From: an uncultured euryarchaeote
GTDB lineage: Archaea; Thermoplasmatota; Poseidoniia; Poseidoniales; Poseidoniaceae
Direction: 5' to 3'
Length of the DNA: 42,311 nt
Assembly: GCA_963991835.1 (NCBI GenBank)
Contig: CAXDRT010000002.1
Location: 1-42,311 of the forward strand
The position numbers and the translations under genes are program-made. The notes under the pieces were generated by a model. That model had not been told where the DNA came from. It saw only the letters and a program-made list of their open reading frames with translations, and ran no database searches. Below are positions 1-8,622 of this stretch, one piece after another (position 1 is the first letter of the stretch; the number at the start of each line of letters is the position of its first letter).

Positions 1-722
1 ATACCCATTTGAGCAGACATGACATCAACGACGGTGTCTCCCATCTCGAGAGCAAGACCAACGTCTCGAATCATCGGGGCAACAAGGTCCCCGTCGTAGC
101 CGTTACCTGGTGTGTGATCTTTATTCGGTTCATCTGTTCGCTTCAGAGCGGTTGCTATTGCAACAACTCCTTCCTGCCATGTAGATCGAAATCCTTTGCC
201 ACCAAATCGTGAACCATCTGGTGTTTCCATACCAGAAAAGAAAACGTCCTTGAGATGGGCATCCATTGCACGAGTTCTTGTCATCATGCGCTGCCATTCC
301 ATTCGATTCTCCATGGATGTTGACATGTAATGCGCTAAACGACGGAAACAAAGACGTATATCGATGATAATATGTTTCATCCTTCGTTCCAAGTGCTCGT
401 TTATGCTTCTTCGAGGCATGACCTCATCATCCATTATAGGTTTGATTTTGAGTTCATTCTGAGCTGAAAATCCTTTTTTGAAAGCATCTACGAAACGTGA
501 AGAGAAAGAATGCCATGATTCTCCATCGAAGGATTGTTGGCCATCAACATGGAGATGATCCCAAACGTTTGCAGCAAGAAAAACATGCCCTTCATGACGC
601 TCTGTAAAGAACCGCATTACTTCTGCCCGAGCAGCATCAATAAGCAATGGTTGGGTGAAAACGCATGCAGATTTCGGCGACCAATCAGCACCGTGAATTG
701 TTGGAAGTGTTCCTTGTGACAT
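1..722 (-). CDS. Thiamine-diphosphate-dependent 2-oxoacid dehydrogenase E1 component, alpha-like N-terminal part (3' end runs off the window)
   Basis: Absent from the ORF track because it has no stop inside the window. My reverse-strand translation from ATG 722 stays open to position 1 (MSQGTLPTIHGADW...). The visible distal part (RMMTRTRAMD...GKGFRSTWQEGVVAIATAL...GDLVAPMIRDVGLALEMGDTVVDVMSAQMG) follows the E1-alpha pattern. A G-rich SD-like run (GGGGGCGGGG) lies just upstream of the ATG. Confidence 0.5.
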   Translation of the reverse strand, partial: MSQGTLPTIHGADWSPKSACVFTQPLLIDAARAEVMRFFTERHEGHVFLAANVWDHLHVDGQQSFDGESWHSFSSRFVDAFKKGFSAQNELKIKPIMDDEVMPRRSINEHLERRMKHIIIDIRLCFRRLAHYMSTSMENRMEWQRMMTRTRAMDAHLKDVFFSGMETPDGSRFGGKGFRSTWQEGVVAIATALKRTDEPNKDHTPGNGYDGDLVAPMIRDVGLALEMGDTVVDVMSAQMG

Positions 723-795
723 ACCCCGCCCCCGTATCTGCGAAGGTCGCCTAAGTTTCAATGCTATGGATTGGTCTTACAATCAAAAAATTGAA

Positions 796-1593
796 TTATT
801 CCTCTTCTCCAATAGATTCTCTAAGAACTCGAATTGATGTTCTGGTGACGATAACAGTTACGATTACAGTTGCAATTATACCGAGTAGGAGCATGAACAA
901 ACCGAGAGGAGAATTACTCAAACCACCAACCCCTGAACGACTCAAAGCAATGGAGCCAAGAGCATGTCCATAATATGCATAAATCAAGCAGTAGATCAGG
1001 CTTGATGTATTTGAAACCAAGAAGACGCGTAATGAAACGGGTGTAGCGGACATAATGTAATTGAGCCATTCATCTGGAAGAATTGGAGATAAGCGAACCA
1101 GTACTGATATTTTCATAGCGTCTTGATCAAGAGCTTTCTCAATATTCTGCATCCTTACATCGTTCTGTATCGATGCTTGAATTGATTCGCGAAACATCCA
1201 CCTTCCGAGGACGAAAGCAATGAGGCCGCCAAGCATTGATGCAACAAAGTTGACTATCGCGGCAATCCAGAATGGGAATATTGCTCCTGCACCAATCTTT
1301 ACGAACGGAGTGGGCAACAACAACACGATTGCCAATGAGAGCATTATGGTGAATAAGAACGGACCCCATAGCCCAAATCCCTTGAACCATTCAATGATTT
1401 CAGCCGCATCTCGAAACAAGAAATATCCTGCCACTGCACAGATAAGTAAGACGAAAAATCCAAACCAAGCCCTCCATCTATAGAGATTAGGTTGTTGCTC
1501 TTTCATCTTCTGCAGGTTTTTTTGACCATCCATTAGATGAAGTTCTGATGGCCTGGGCAGCTGAAGGTCGGAAGGTTTTGGTAAACTCTTCAT
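796..1593 (-). CDS. TVP38/TMEM64 (DedA-related, VTT domain) integral membrane protein
   Basis: 265-aa ORF with several TM helices. It carries the family-typical stretch LLPTPFVKIGAGAIFPFWIAAIVNFVASMLGGLIAFVLGRWMFRE. GAGGAG lies upstream of ATG 1593, and the upstream gene's stop is 7 nt away. Confidence 0.7.
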   Translation of the reverse strand: MKSLPKPSDLQLPRPSELHLMDGQKNLQKMKEQQPNLYRWRAWFGFFVLLICAVAGYFLFRDAAEIIEWFKGFGLWGPFLFTIMLSLAIVLLLPTPFVKIGAGAIFPFWIAAIVNFVASMLGGLIAFVLGRWMFRESIQASIQNDVRMQNIEKALDQDAMKISVLVRLSPILPDEWLNYIMSATPVSLRVFLVSNTSSLIYCLIYAYYGHALGSIALSRSGVGGLSNSPLGLFMLLLGIIATVIVTVIVTRTSIRVLRESIGEEE

Positions 1594-1599
1594 TGAGAT

Positions 1600-2625
1600 C
1601 TACTCCTCTTCAGATTCAGGCAATGATGACAACACATCGCCAAGCATTTCGGTTGCATCTTCGATTCGAGTCATGAGAGTTGTATCGGAAACTGCCCCTG
1701 GTCGGCCTAAATCCCACATCAATTCGTGAACCATCTCAGTGGTAAGACGAGTCATGTTGAGAACCTGTGGGTCGATGCGTTCAAGGTGATCATCCGGTAG
1801 TATTGCAACCTGTTCTGGTGTTTCATCAAGAATTTCATCCATTACAGATTCAATCTCAGAAGCAATATTGTCAGCCTGAGTTTCTAGAATCGATTCCATT
1901 CCTCCCATTGATACCGACTTTGATTGATCGCTTAAATCGCCAAGCGCTTTCTTTTTCTTAAGTTCTTCAAACGAAGGACCTACTCCACCTTGCGCCTCAT
2001 CACCATCCTGAACCAAGCGATTTAGAGCAATTCGTAAGATGTTCGAAAGATCTGTTGCTTCAAGGTCCAAGTCAACTTCCATCCCATCCTCGCCCATTTG
2101 GGTAAGAATTTCATTGATGAACGACTCATTAATTCGATCTGGACCTACAAGTCCTTTGAGCATAGGAAGAGCCCAGCCGCCACCGCCAGCCATCATTCCT
2201 ACATCGAATGATCCGCCTCCACCTCCGACTTCAACATCGGCAGGTGGTGGAACAAATTGCTTACGAGCATGTTTCCACAATTGCTCTATGAGTTTACTCA
2301 TATCAACTGGTTTTCCAATAACTTCATGGATACCTGCTTTTGCAGCAGTGAGTAAAAACTCACTCGATGTGCTTCTCGACAACATCACAATTCGACACTT
2401 GAATGCAAACTCAGGATCACCCATCAATCGCTGAGAAGCGTCAATCGCGTCTCCCGAACTCCAATCGCCTTCGAGTAGGACAATCTCTGGCATTACAGCC
2501 AAAGCAGTACCCTCTGCTTGACGTAATGTACCAGCACGTGTAACATCAAAGCCTTCTCGTTCAAGCGTGGATGCAAGAAGGGTCCTACGACCCTGATTCT
2601 CATCCGCAACGATGACTTTTGCCAT
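1600..2625 (-). CDS. Response regulator receiver (CheY-like) protein with an uncharacterised acidic C-terminal domain
   Basis: N-terminus MAKVIVADENQG...IVLLEGDWSSGDA...IVMLSRS...VIGKPV matches the receiver-domain landmarks (acidic pair, phospho-Asp region, S/T, K-P). The track ORF starts at TTG 2634. ATG 2625 gives the canonical MAKVIV start. A Gly-rich linker is followed by about 200 aa of acidic sequence with no recognisable output domain. Confidence 0.75.
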   Translation of the reverse strand: MAKVIVADENQGRRTLLASTLEREGFDVTRAGTLRQAEGTALAVMPEIVLLEGDWSSGDAIDASQRLMGDPEFAFKCRIVMLSRSTSSEFLLTAAKAGIHEVIGKPVDMSKLIEQLWKHARKQFVPPPADVEVGGGGGSFDVGMMAGGGGWALPMLKGLVGPDRINESFINEILTQMGEDGMEVDLDLEATDLSNILRIALNRLVQDGDEAQGGVGPSFEELKKKKALGDLSDQSKSVSMGGMESILETQADNIASEIESVMDEILDETPEQVAILPDDHLERIDPQVLNMTRLTTEMVHELMWDLGRPGAVSDTTLMTRIEDATEMLGDVLSSLPESEEE

Positions 2626-2675
2626 GATGACCAACGAGCAACGGGAGGTTACGCTCTTTGAACCTCACCCTTGTT

Positions 2676-3836
2676 TTAGCCTCTTATGACATCTTCTGGA
2701 GCAATTTGACTCCATGCCATAATGCCTCCATCCAAATTGTAAAGGCGATTATTCTCAATTCCTGCTTGAATCAAGAACATGATTGCAATTTGTGAACGCA
2801 TACCGCTTCTGCAAATGACCACGATATCTCCTTCATCTGGAACTTCTGAGGAATGTGATGCGATTGTATCATGCACTGCATGAAGACCGAAACGATTCAA
2901 TCGGATTTGTTCAAGTTCCTCTGCACTACGTACATCGATAATGAACGGGTTCCATCCTTCAGATTGCTTCGCCTTTACGGAAGCCACATCAATTGATTGC
3001 ATCATGTCCCTTCCATTTGAAGACCCTTCATCAATCTGTTTGTTCGACGGCATGCAATACAATGGATCATCAAAGAGTCGTTGCACGACTGACAAATCCT
3101 GTATCTCATCTCGGGTTTCCAAAGCCTCGAAACGAAGCATACGAGTCGACATTTCGAGAGCATCATACAAGAGTAATGAACCAATCAATTTGGTTTCTAA
3201 TCCAAGAATGAGTTTGATGACTTCTGTTGCTTGAATACTGCCAACAACGCCAGGAAGAACACCAAACACACCAGCATCTGCACAATTTTGTAAGGCACCA
3301 GCAGGTGGTGCTTCGGGAAAGAGATCTCGATAACAGCGAGAATGTTCAGTTGAAAACACAGACACTTGTCCTTCAAAACGGTGGATTGAACCGTAAATCC
3401 ATGGAATGGACAGTAAATGGCAAGCATCATCAATCAGATATCGGGTTGGAATATTATCGGTTCCATCGACAACGACATCCCATCCTTGCAAGACATCAAG
3501 AGCGTTCTCTGGATTGAGGCGATAAGGGTAAAGTTCAATCTCAAGATTTGGATCTAATGCGAGCAATCGAGCCTTTGCTGAATCTACTTTCTTTGAACCT
3601 ACATCCTCTGTTCGATGAATAATTTGGCGTTGAAGATTTGAGATATCCACGACATCATCATCGATAATACCAATTGTACCAATGCCTGCTGCTGCTAGAT
3701 AAAGAAGAACAGGACTTCCTAGGCCACCAGCTCCAATCACAAGGACACGGGCTGCAGCCAGTTTCTCTTGACCTTCATGACCAACATTAGGAAGGACGAG
3801 ATGACGGGCATGACGTTCCATATCGACCATGGCCAT
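2676..3836 (-). CDS. moeB: MoeB/ThiF/UbaA-type E1-like adenylyltransferase fused to a C-terminal rhodanese domain
   Basis: Carries the dinucleotide/ATP-binding motif VLVIGAGGLGSPVLLYLAAAGIGTIGIIDDDVVDISNLQRQIIH and a C-terminal rhodanese active-site loop VVICRSGMRSQ. The track ORF extends to 3989, but that part overlaps trxB. ATG 3836 (MAMVDMERHARHL) removes the overlap. Confidence 0.85.
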   Translation of the reverse strand: MAMVDMERHARHLVLPNVGHEGQEKLAAARVLVIGAGGLGSPVLLYLAAAGIGTIGIIDDDVVDISNLQRQIIHRTEDVGSKKVDSAKARLLALDPNLEIELYPYRLNPENALDVLQGWDVVVDGTDNIPTRYLIDDACHLLSIPWIYGSIHRFEGQVSVFSTEHSRCYRDLFPEAPPAGALQNCADAGVFGVLPGVVGSIQATEVIKLILGLETKLIGSLLLYDALEMSTRMLRFEALETRDEIQDLSVVQRLFDDPLYCMPSNKQIDEGSSNGRDMMQSIDVASVKAKQSEGWNPFIIDVRSAEELEQIRLNRFGLHAVHDTIASHSSEVPDEGDIVVICRSGMRSQIAIMFLIQAGIENNRLYNLDGGIMAWSQIAPEDVIRG

Positions 3837-3870
3837 CCCAAGCGTAGGTCTGTCAAATAGACATCGTTGC

Positions 3871-4800
3871 TCAATGAACGTTCTCTTCAAGCCACTTTTC
3901 AGCATCCATGGCTGCTTGGCAGCCCATACCTGCTGCTGTAATCGCTTGCTTGTATCGAGTATCAACAACGTCACCTGCCGCAAAGACACCAGGTACGTTT
4001 GTCATGGTATGTTCATGGTGAAGAATGTAGCCTTCATCATCAGTAGTAACCTGACCACCAAGGAAGTCTGTTATTGGTGTGTGGCCAATTGCAATGAAAG
4101 CACCTGTTACTGCAATGTCTTCAGTAGATCCGTCTCTTGGATCTTCTAGAACTGCTCCTGTAAGTCCTTTCTCATCACTGAGCCATTCCTTAACCTGTCT
4201 GAATGTTTTGATTTCGATCTTTGGATGATTTGCTGCTCGTTCATACATGATGGTTGATGCACGGAACACGTCTCTTCGGTGAACCAACGTGACCTTTGAA
4301 GCAAATCGTGTAAGGAAGGTTGCTTCCTCACATGCTGAATCACCACCGCCGATGACCATGACTTCCTCATCTCGGAAAAATGCACCATCGCAAGTTGCAC
4401 ATGTGGAAATACCTCGGCCTTTCTGTTCAGCTTCTCCAGGTGCGTTAAGCCAAATGGATTCTGCTCCAGTAGAGACAATGATTGAATGAGTGAGGAATTC
4501 TTCTCCTTCCACAGTGACCTTGTACGGACGTGATGATAGATCTACACTCCCTACATTCTTATCCTGAACTTTGAGTCCAAAGCGTTCAGCTTGTTCTCGA
4601 AGTTGCATCATCATCTCAGGACCTCCAATACCTTCAGGATAGCCAGGGAAGTTCTCGATATCGCTTGTAAGCATAAGTTGTCCACCAGACATATATCCAG
4701 CGAACATGAGAGGCTCAAGCATGGCTCTTGCAGCGTACAATCCAGCAGTATATCCAGCAGGGCCGGAACCGATTATGATGAGGTTGTGGACTTCAGACAT
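3871..4800 (-). CDS. trxB: Thioredoxin-disulfide reductase
   Basis: Has the FAD motif NLIIIGSGPAGYTAGLYAARA, the redox-active CATCDG, the NADPH motif VIGGGDSACEEA and the C-terminal GVFAAGDV. Start chosen at ATG 4800 (MSEVHNLIIIGSGPAG). The 43 codons upstream in the track ORF look non-coding. Confidence 0.92.
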   Translation of the reverse strand: MSEVHNLIIIGSGPAGYTAGLYAARAMLEPLMFAGYMSGGQLMLTSDIENFPGYPEGIGGPEMMMQLREQAERFGLKVQDKNVGSVDLSSRPYKVTVEGEEFLTHSIIVSTGAESIWLNAPGEAEQKGRGISTCATCDGAFFRDEEVMVIGGGDSACEEATFLTRFASKVTLVHRRDVFRASTIMYERAANHPKIEIKTFRQVKEWLSDEKGLTGAVLEDPRDGSTEDIAVTGAFIAIGHTPITDFLGGQVTTDDEGYILHHEHTMTNVPGVFAAGDVVDTRYKQAITAAGMGCQAAMDAEKWLEENVH

Positions 4801-4937
4801 CTGACTCACTTCCCGACCAACACCCCGACAGACTTGAACATTATCCATACAAACTCTGGAATTTTCCTTGATTTGGTTTGGGAAAAACATACTGCGTCGG
4901 ATAAAGACATATGTACTACAGTGTGGCAAATAGAAAT

Positions 4938-7900
4938 ATGAACAAGCATGGTTATTTTATTCCAATCTTACTAACCAGCCTGTTGTTGTGTTGTACACTT
5001 CCCCTACAATCTGAGCAGATGACTGAAATTTCAATCCATGAATCAACTGAAACTTCTGGCCGTAATTCGATCCATGAAGGAGACTGGGCGGTGGCTCAAA
5101 AACAACGCATGCATTGCGAATCAACGTTTGATTATGATATACATTCGGATTATATCGCAACTCTTGATTGCCCAAGTTACGGCGAATCTTACATCACCAT
5201 CTACCACAATTCCGATTGGAACGTACTCATTGAATCCGTGGAATCCGACATAAGTATCGATTTGTTGGAGTTTTCTCCGGATGGAAGTTACTTGGTTGCT
5301 TACGGTAATTTGGATTTTGAAATCTATCGCACCTCGGATTGGGAGCAAGTATTTTCTGGCAATGTCCTATCCGAAAACGGCTATTACTACGACATCAATG
5401 GAATCACGTGGTCGGGAGATGGAGAAAGAGTTCTTTTTATGACTGGTGAAGACGGTGGAAAAATGTATGAGGGGCCAGATTGGGAAGAAGTGACAGGAAC
5501 CTCTTCTACAGGAATCTATGCCGTTCATCATCCGACTAAAGACATCCTCTGGTACGTGAACAACGATGCCACTGGAAATGAATACGAGTTTGAAAACATC
5601 CCGTTTGTAGGTTATCAGTGGGTCATGAAGCGAAGCTTTACTCTGACATACAACCCTGGGGTTGGGCCATTGTCTGTAGATCCGGATGGCGACTACCTTG
5701 TGATGAGTACTGAGTATGGTGTTTCGGCTTATTCAACCTCAGATTACAGCCTGGAGTTCACTTCTTCAACGGCATCAGGACCTGTTTCATTTTCTACGAA
5801 TTCAGATTCCATCATGTTTCAAAATGAAGAAAACTATGACATTTACTCCACGAGCAATTGGCAGGAAATCTCATCGATAACTGGACCTGAGCATGATTGT
5901 TATTATGATGGAGCGATAAAATTCAGATTTACTTCTGGTGATGGAGAACTTCTTGTTCTTGATAATCTCTGCTATGAGACTTATCTTTCTGGATGGATGC
6001 CTGATGAAGATTCAGATGGTGTAGCGGAGGTTCAGGACATCTGCCCCTTTACCCCTGAAACCGAAGAGTCTGATGCCAAGGGTTGTAGTTTGAGTCAAAA
6101 GGATACGGACCTCGATGGAGTAAATGACCGAGATGATCTCTGCCCAAGAACCAAGACAAACGAAATTGCAAACAGTGGCGGATGCTCTCCCTCTCAGTTG
6201 CAAGATACTGATGGAGATGGATCCTCTGATTCCGATGATTTGTGTCCAGATACACCTACCGGTGAACCAGGAAATATCTACGGGTGTAGTTCAAGCCAAA
6301 GGGATGTCGATGGAGATGGCCTTTCTGACTCGACTGATAATTGTCCTTTATCAGCAGTTGATGCATGCCCAAACATCATTTCTTGGGAGGTCAATAAAGA
6401 TATAATTCCCGGAACAAGTGAATTTTCAACACCGAAATGGTCACCTACAGGCGAATTTATTATCACAAGGGACTATGATTCTGAAAATATTTTCCTGCTT
6501 GATAGTAATTTTTCATTAGAAACTGAATTCATACATTCTGTTCCAGACACCTATATTCAAGACTATTTATGGACACCAAATGGACAATCGATCATTGTTT
6601 TTTGGGAAAGTTCAAATTATTACAATTCAACATGCGGATATTCAATAATCGATGTTTCTGGATCTGATGAAGCAGTCCACAATCCATTCAGTTCGGAATG
6701 CGATTCTATCCAAGCTTACGCAATAAATCCTGATGGTGGTGAAGTTGCTATTTCTTACTTTTATTATGGGACATATACTGGTAAAATGATTGCAATCGAA
6801 CTAGAATCAGGAGTGGAAAAGTTTGTTGATGAAAATTATTCTCCAGGTTCTTTAACGTACACTCACGATGGAACTGCTTTGATTGGAACCATGTCTGGAA
6901 GTATCTTGATTTGGGATACTTTTGATGGCTATCTTATTCGCTCAAAATCCATAGGTTCAATTGATTCTCTACTTCTTTCACCAGAAGGTGATTTCGTTTA
7001 TACATGGGAGGATGATATCTTAAAGATACATTCGTTTAACTCACTCGAACTCCTTTTTTACACATCGGTTGAACGTAATTCTCAGGAGGTCACTTACGAG
7101 GCAAGAATAACCAATCTTGAATTTTCTAGGAGTAACAAATTATTGTATGTAAGCATGGCTGAAAGGACATATGGGGGGACATATTACTACAACTCGTCAA
7201 TCCACACATATGAAATTGTGAATTCTCATAGTAGCATCAACTATATTGGTAAAACAGCTGATGTTAATCAATCATATTGGATTTATTCAGACGTTTCTCC
7301 AGATGAAAGTAAGGCAATTGTTCGTCTAGGAGGGGGTCTAAATGGATACATTGTATGGAAAAGTGATTCGGATGGAGATAAGATGGGGGATTTATCCGAT
7401 CAATGTCCAAATACAGGAATGAACAACAGTATCGACGAAAACGGATGCAGTTGGGAACAACAAGATGATGACTCTGATGAGGTATCAAACATGTTTGATC
7501 TCTGTCCAAATAGTCCAGAAGGAATATTCACGGATGATGTTGGATGCACAGATCAACAAGTCGATCAAGACTTAGATGGAGTTTGCAATGAAGGTGCGAT
7601 GAGTACAGGGCCATCAAATTGCGCTGGAGAAGATGATTGCCCGAATACACCACCAGGAAAACCAATCAGCTCGATAGGATGCAGTTGGGAGCAAGAAGAT
7701 GAAGACCTCGATTATGTACAGAATGGCAATGATTTATGCCCTGATACAGATCTTTTCGATACACCTGATTCGGTAGGTTGTGGTGAAAAACAGCGTGATA
7801 CAGATGGCGATACTGTAAACGATTTCTGGGATGTGTGCTCATCGACTGGCGTTAATTTAACCGTTGATGAGGTTGGATGCTCAGACATTGAAGTAGACAG

Positions 7901-8495
7901 CGATAGCGATACTGTATGCGATAGAGATGCTCCATCATCCGGACCTTCTGATTGTAAAGGAACAGATACATGTCCAAATACTGGAGCAAACGAATCTGTA
8001 GATTCTAATGGTTGTTCATGGAATCAAAAGGACGACGATAGCGATGGAATTTTCAACGGAAATGATGCTTGTCCAGGTACGACAAAGCCGGATGGATCTC
8101 CTGATGGATGTTCAAGTTGGCAGCGAGATTCTGATGATGATGGAATTGCAGACGCAATTGATGAATGTGCCAAAACCCCTACAGATGAATTCTCCAATCA
8201 AGTCGGCTGTTCTGATAGCCAAGGCCAAGGAGGCATGGCATCGGATCAAGATGATTCATCCATAGCACAATGGGCTATAATCGCAGGAATTGTCGTTATT
8301 GCCCTCTTATTTGGAGGATTTTTACTTCGTCGAGATGGTTTAGCAGGTGAAGACAAAAACTCTCCTCTGATATATCCAGAATATGCGACCCGTGGAACAA
8401 TGAAAGAAGGACGCGAGTGGATTGAATATCCGGAAGGAAGTGGGAATTCCTTCTATCGAGACCCATCCAATGGCCAATGGGTCAAAATCGACTGA
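4938..8495 (+). CDS. Giant cell-surface protein: signal peptide, two PD40/WD40-like beta-propeller regions, two thrombospondin type-3-like Ca-binding repeat arrays, C-terminal TM anchor and short tail
   Basis: ATG 4938 gives MNKHGYFIPILLTSLLLCCTLPLQS, a signal peptide. Propeller-type repeats include FSPDGSYLVA, WSPTGEFIIT, WTPNGQSIIVF, INPDGGEVAIS, YTHDGTALIG and LSPEGDFVYT. TSP3-like repeats include DTDLDGVNDRDDLCP, DTDGDGSSDSDDLCP and CSWEQQDDDSDEVSNMFDLCP. The TM helix is WAIIAGIVVIALLFGGFLL, followed by RRDG. Confidence 0.85.
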   Translation: MNKHGYFIPILLTSLLLCCTLPLQSEQMTEISIHESTETSGRNSIHEGDWAVAQKQRMHCESTFDYDIHSDYIATLDCPSYGESYITIYHNSDWNVLIESVESDISIDLLEFSPDGSYLVAYGNLDFEIYRTSDWEQVFSGNVLSENGYYYDINGITWSGDGERVLFMTGEDGGKMYEGPDWEEVTGTSSTGIYAVHHPTKDILWYVNNDATGNEYEFENIPFVGYQWVMKRSFTLTYNPGVGPLSVDPDGDYLVMSTEYGVSAYSTSDYSLEFTSSTASGPVSFSTNSDSIMFQNEENYDIYSTSNWQEISSITGPEHDCYYDGAIKFRFTSGDGELLVLDNLCYETYLSGWMPDEDSDGVAEVQDICPFTPETEESDAKGCSLSQKDTDLDGVNDRDDLCPRTKTNEIANSGGCSPSQLQDTDGDGSSDSDDLCPDTPTGEPGNIYGCSSSQRDVDGDGLSDSTDNCPLSAVDACPNIISWEVNKDIIPGTSEFSTPKWSPTGEFIITRDYDSENIFLLDSNFSLETEFIHSVPDTYIQDYLWTPNGQSIIVFWESSNYYNSTCGYSIIDVSGSDEAVHNPFSSECDSIQAYAINPDGGEVAISYFYYGTYTGKMIAIELESGVEKFVDENYSPGSLTYTHDGTALIGTMSGSILIWDTFDGYLIRSKSIGSIDSLLLSPEGDFVYTWEDDILKIHSFNSLELLFYTSVERNSQEVTYEARITNLEFSRSNKLLYVSMAERTYGGTYYYNSSIHTYEIVNSHSSINYIGKTADVNQSYWIYSDVSPDESKAIVRLGGGLNGYIVWKSDSDGDKMGDLSDQCPNTGMNNSIDENGCSWEQQDDDSDEVSNMFDLCPNSPEGIFTDDVGCTDQQVDQDLDGVCNEGAMSTGPSNCAGEDDCPNTPPGKPISSIGCSWEQEDEDLDYVQNGNDLCPDTDLFDTPDSVGCGEKQRDTDGDTVNDFWDVCSSTGVNLTVDEVGCSDIEVDSDSDTVCDRDAPSSGPSDCKGTDTCPNTGANESVDSNGCSWNQKDDDSDGIFNGNDACPGTTKPDGSPDGCSSWQRDSDDDGIADAIDECAKTPTDEFSNQVGCSDSQGQGGMASDQDDSSIAQWAIIAGIVVIALLFGGFLLRRDGLAGEDKNSPLIYPEYATRGTMKEGREWIEYPEGSGNSFYRDPSNGQWVKID
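6000..6368 (+). repeat. Coding tandem array 1 of thrombospondin type-3-like (DxDxDGxxDxxDxCP) repeats
   Basis: Four consecutive units, each with an acidic Ca-binding loop followed by CP: PDEDSDGVAEVQDICP, KDTDLDGVNDRDDLCP, QDTDGDGSSDSDDLCP and RDVDGDGLSDSTDNCP. Confidence 0.8.
7361..8225 (+). repeat. Coding tandem array 2 of thrombospondin type-3-like repeats
   Basis: Repeated units include GCSWEQQDDDSDEVSNMFDLCP, GCSWEQEDEDLDYVQNGNDLCP, GCSWNQKDDDSDGIFNGNDACP, QRDTDGDTVNDFWDVC and QRDSDDDGIADAIDECA. The corresponding DNA segments are also visibly similar. Confidence 0.8.
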
Positions 8496-8622
8496 CCAAT
8501 TCTATCTCTAATCGAAGATTGATAAGCGAGGGGTTGGTCGTTCTTCTATGGACGTCGTCTCACACTGGTTCATGGGTTCAGGAGCGACCCATTGACGAAC
8601 CAAGTTTTGGGGTGCTGGAGCA

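Noticed and set aside
3837-3989. N-terminal extensions of track ORFs (moeB-like to 3989, trxB to 4929, hemB to 20304, ribB to 11317, wbqC to 30394, permease to 38075)
   Set aside because: Each extension overlaps the neighbouring gene or runs through intergenic DNA. In every case an internal ATG reproduces the canonical family N-terminus, for example MSEVHNLIIIGSGPAG for trxB and MFTGIV for ribE. Several track starts are TTG or GTG codons.
6000-8225. Regularly spaced DNA repeats that could be mistaken for a CRISPR or satellite array
   Set aside because: They lie in frame inside one long ORF and encode thrombospondin-type-3-like peptide repeats of variable unit length. There are no identical direct repeats with unique spacers.
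8590-8592. TGA read as tryptophan (genetic code 4) or as selenocysteine
   Set aside because: TGA clearly terminates many well-delimited genes here (hemE, hemL, hemB, hemF, ribL, the ABC ATPase and permease), so code 4 is excluded. The family has no known selenoprotein members and I cannot identify a SECIS-like element by eye. Sequencing error, pseudogene or readthrough remain open and are reported as a finding.
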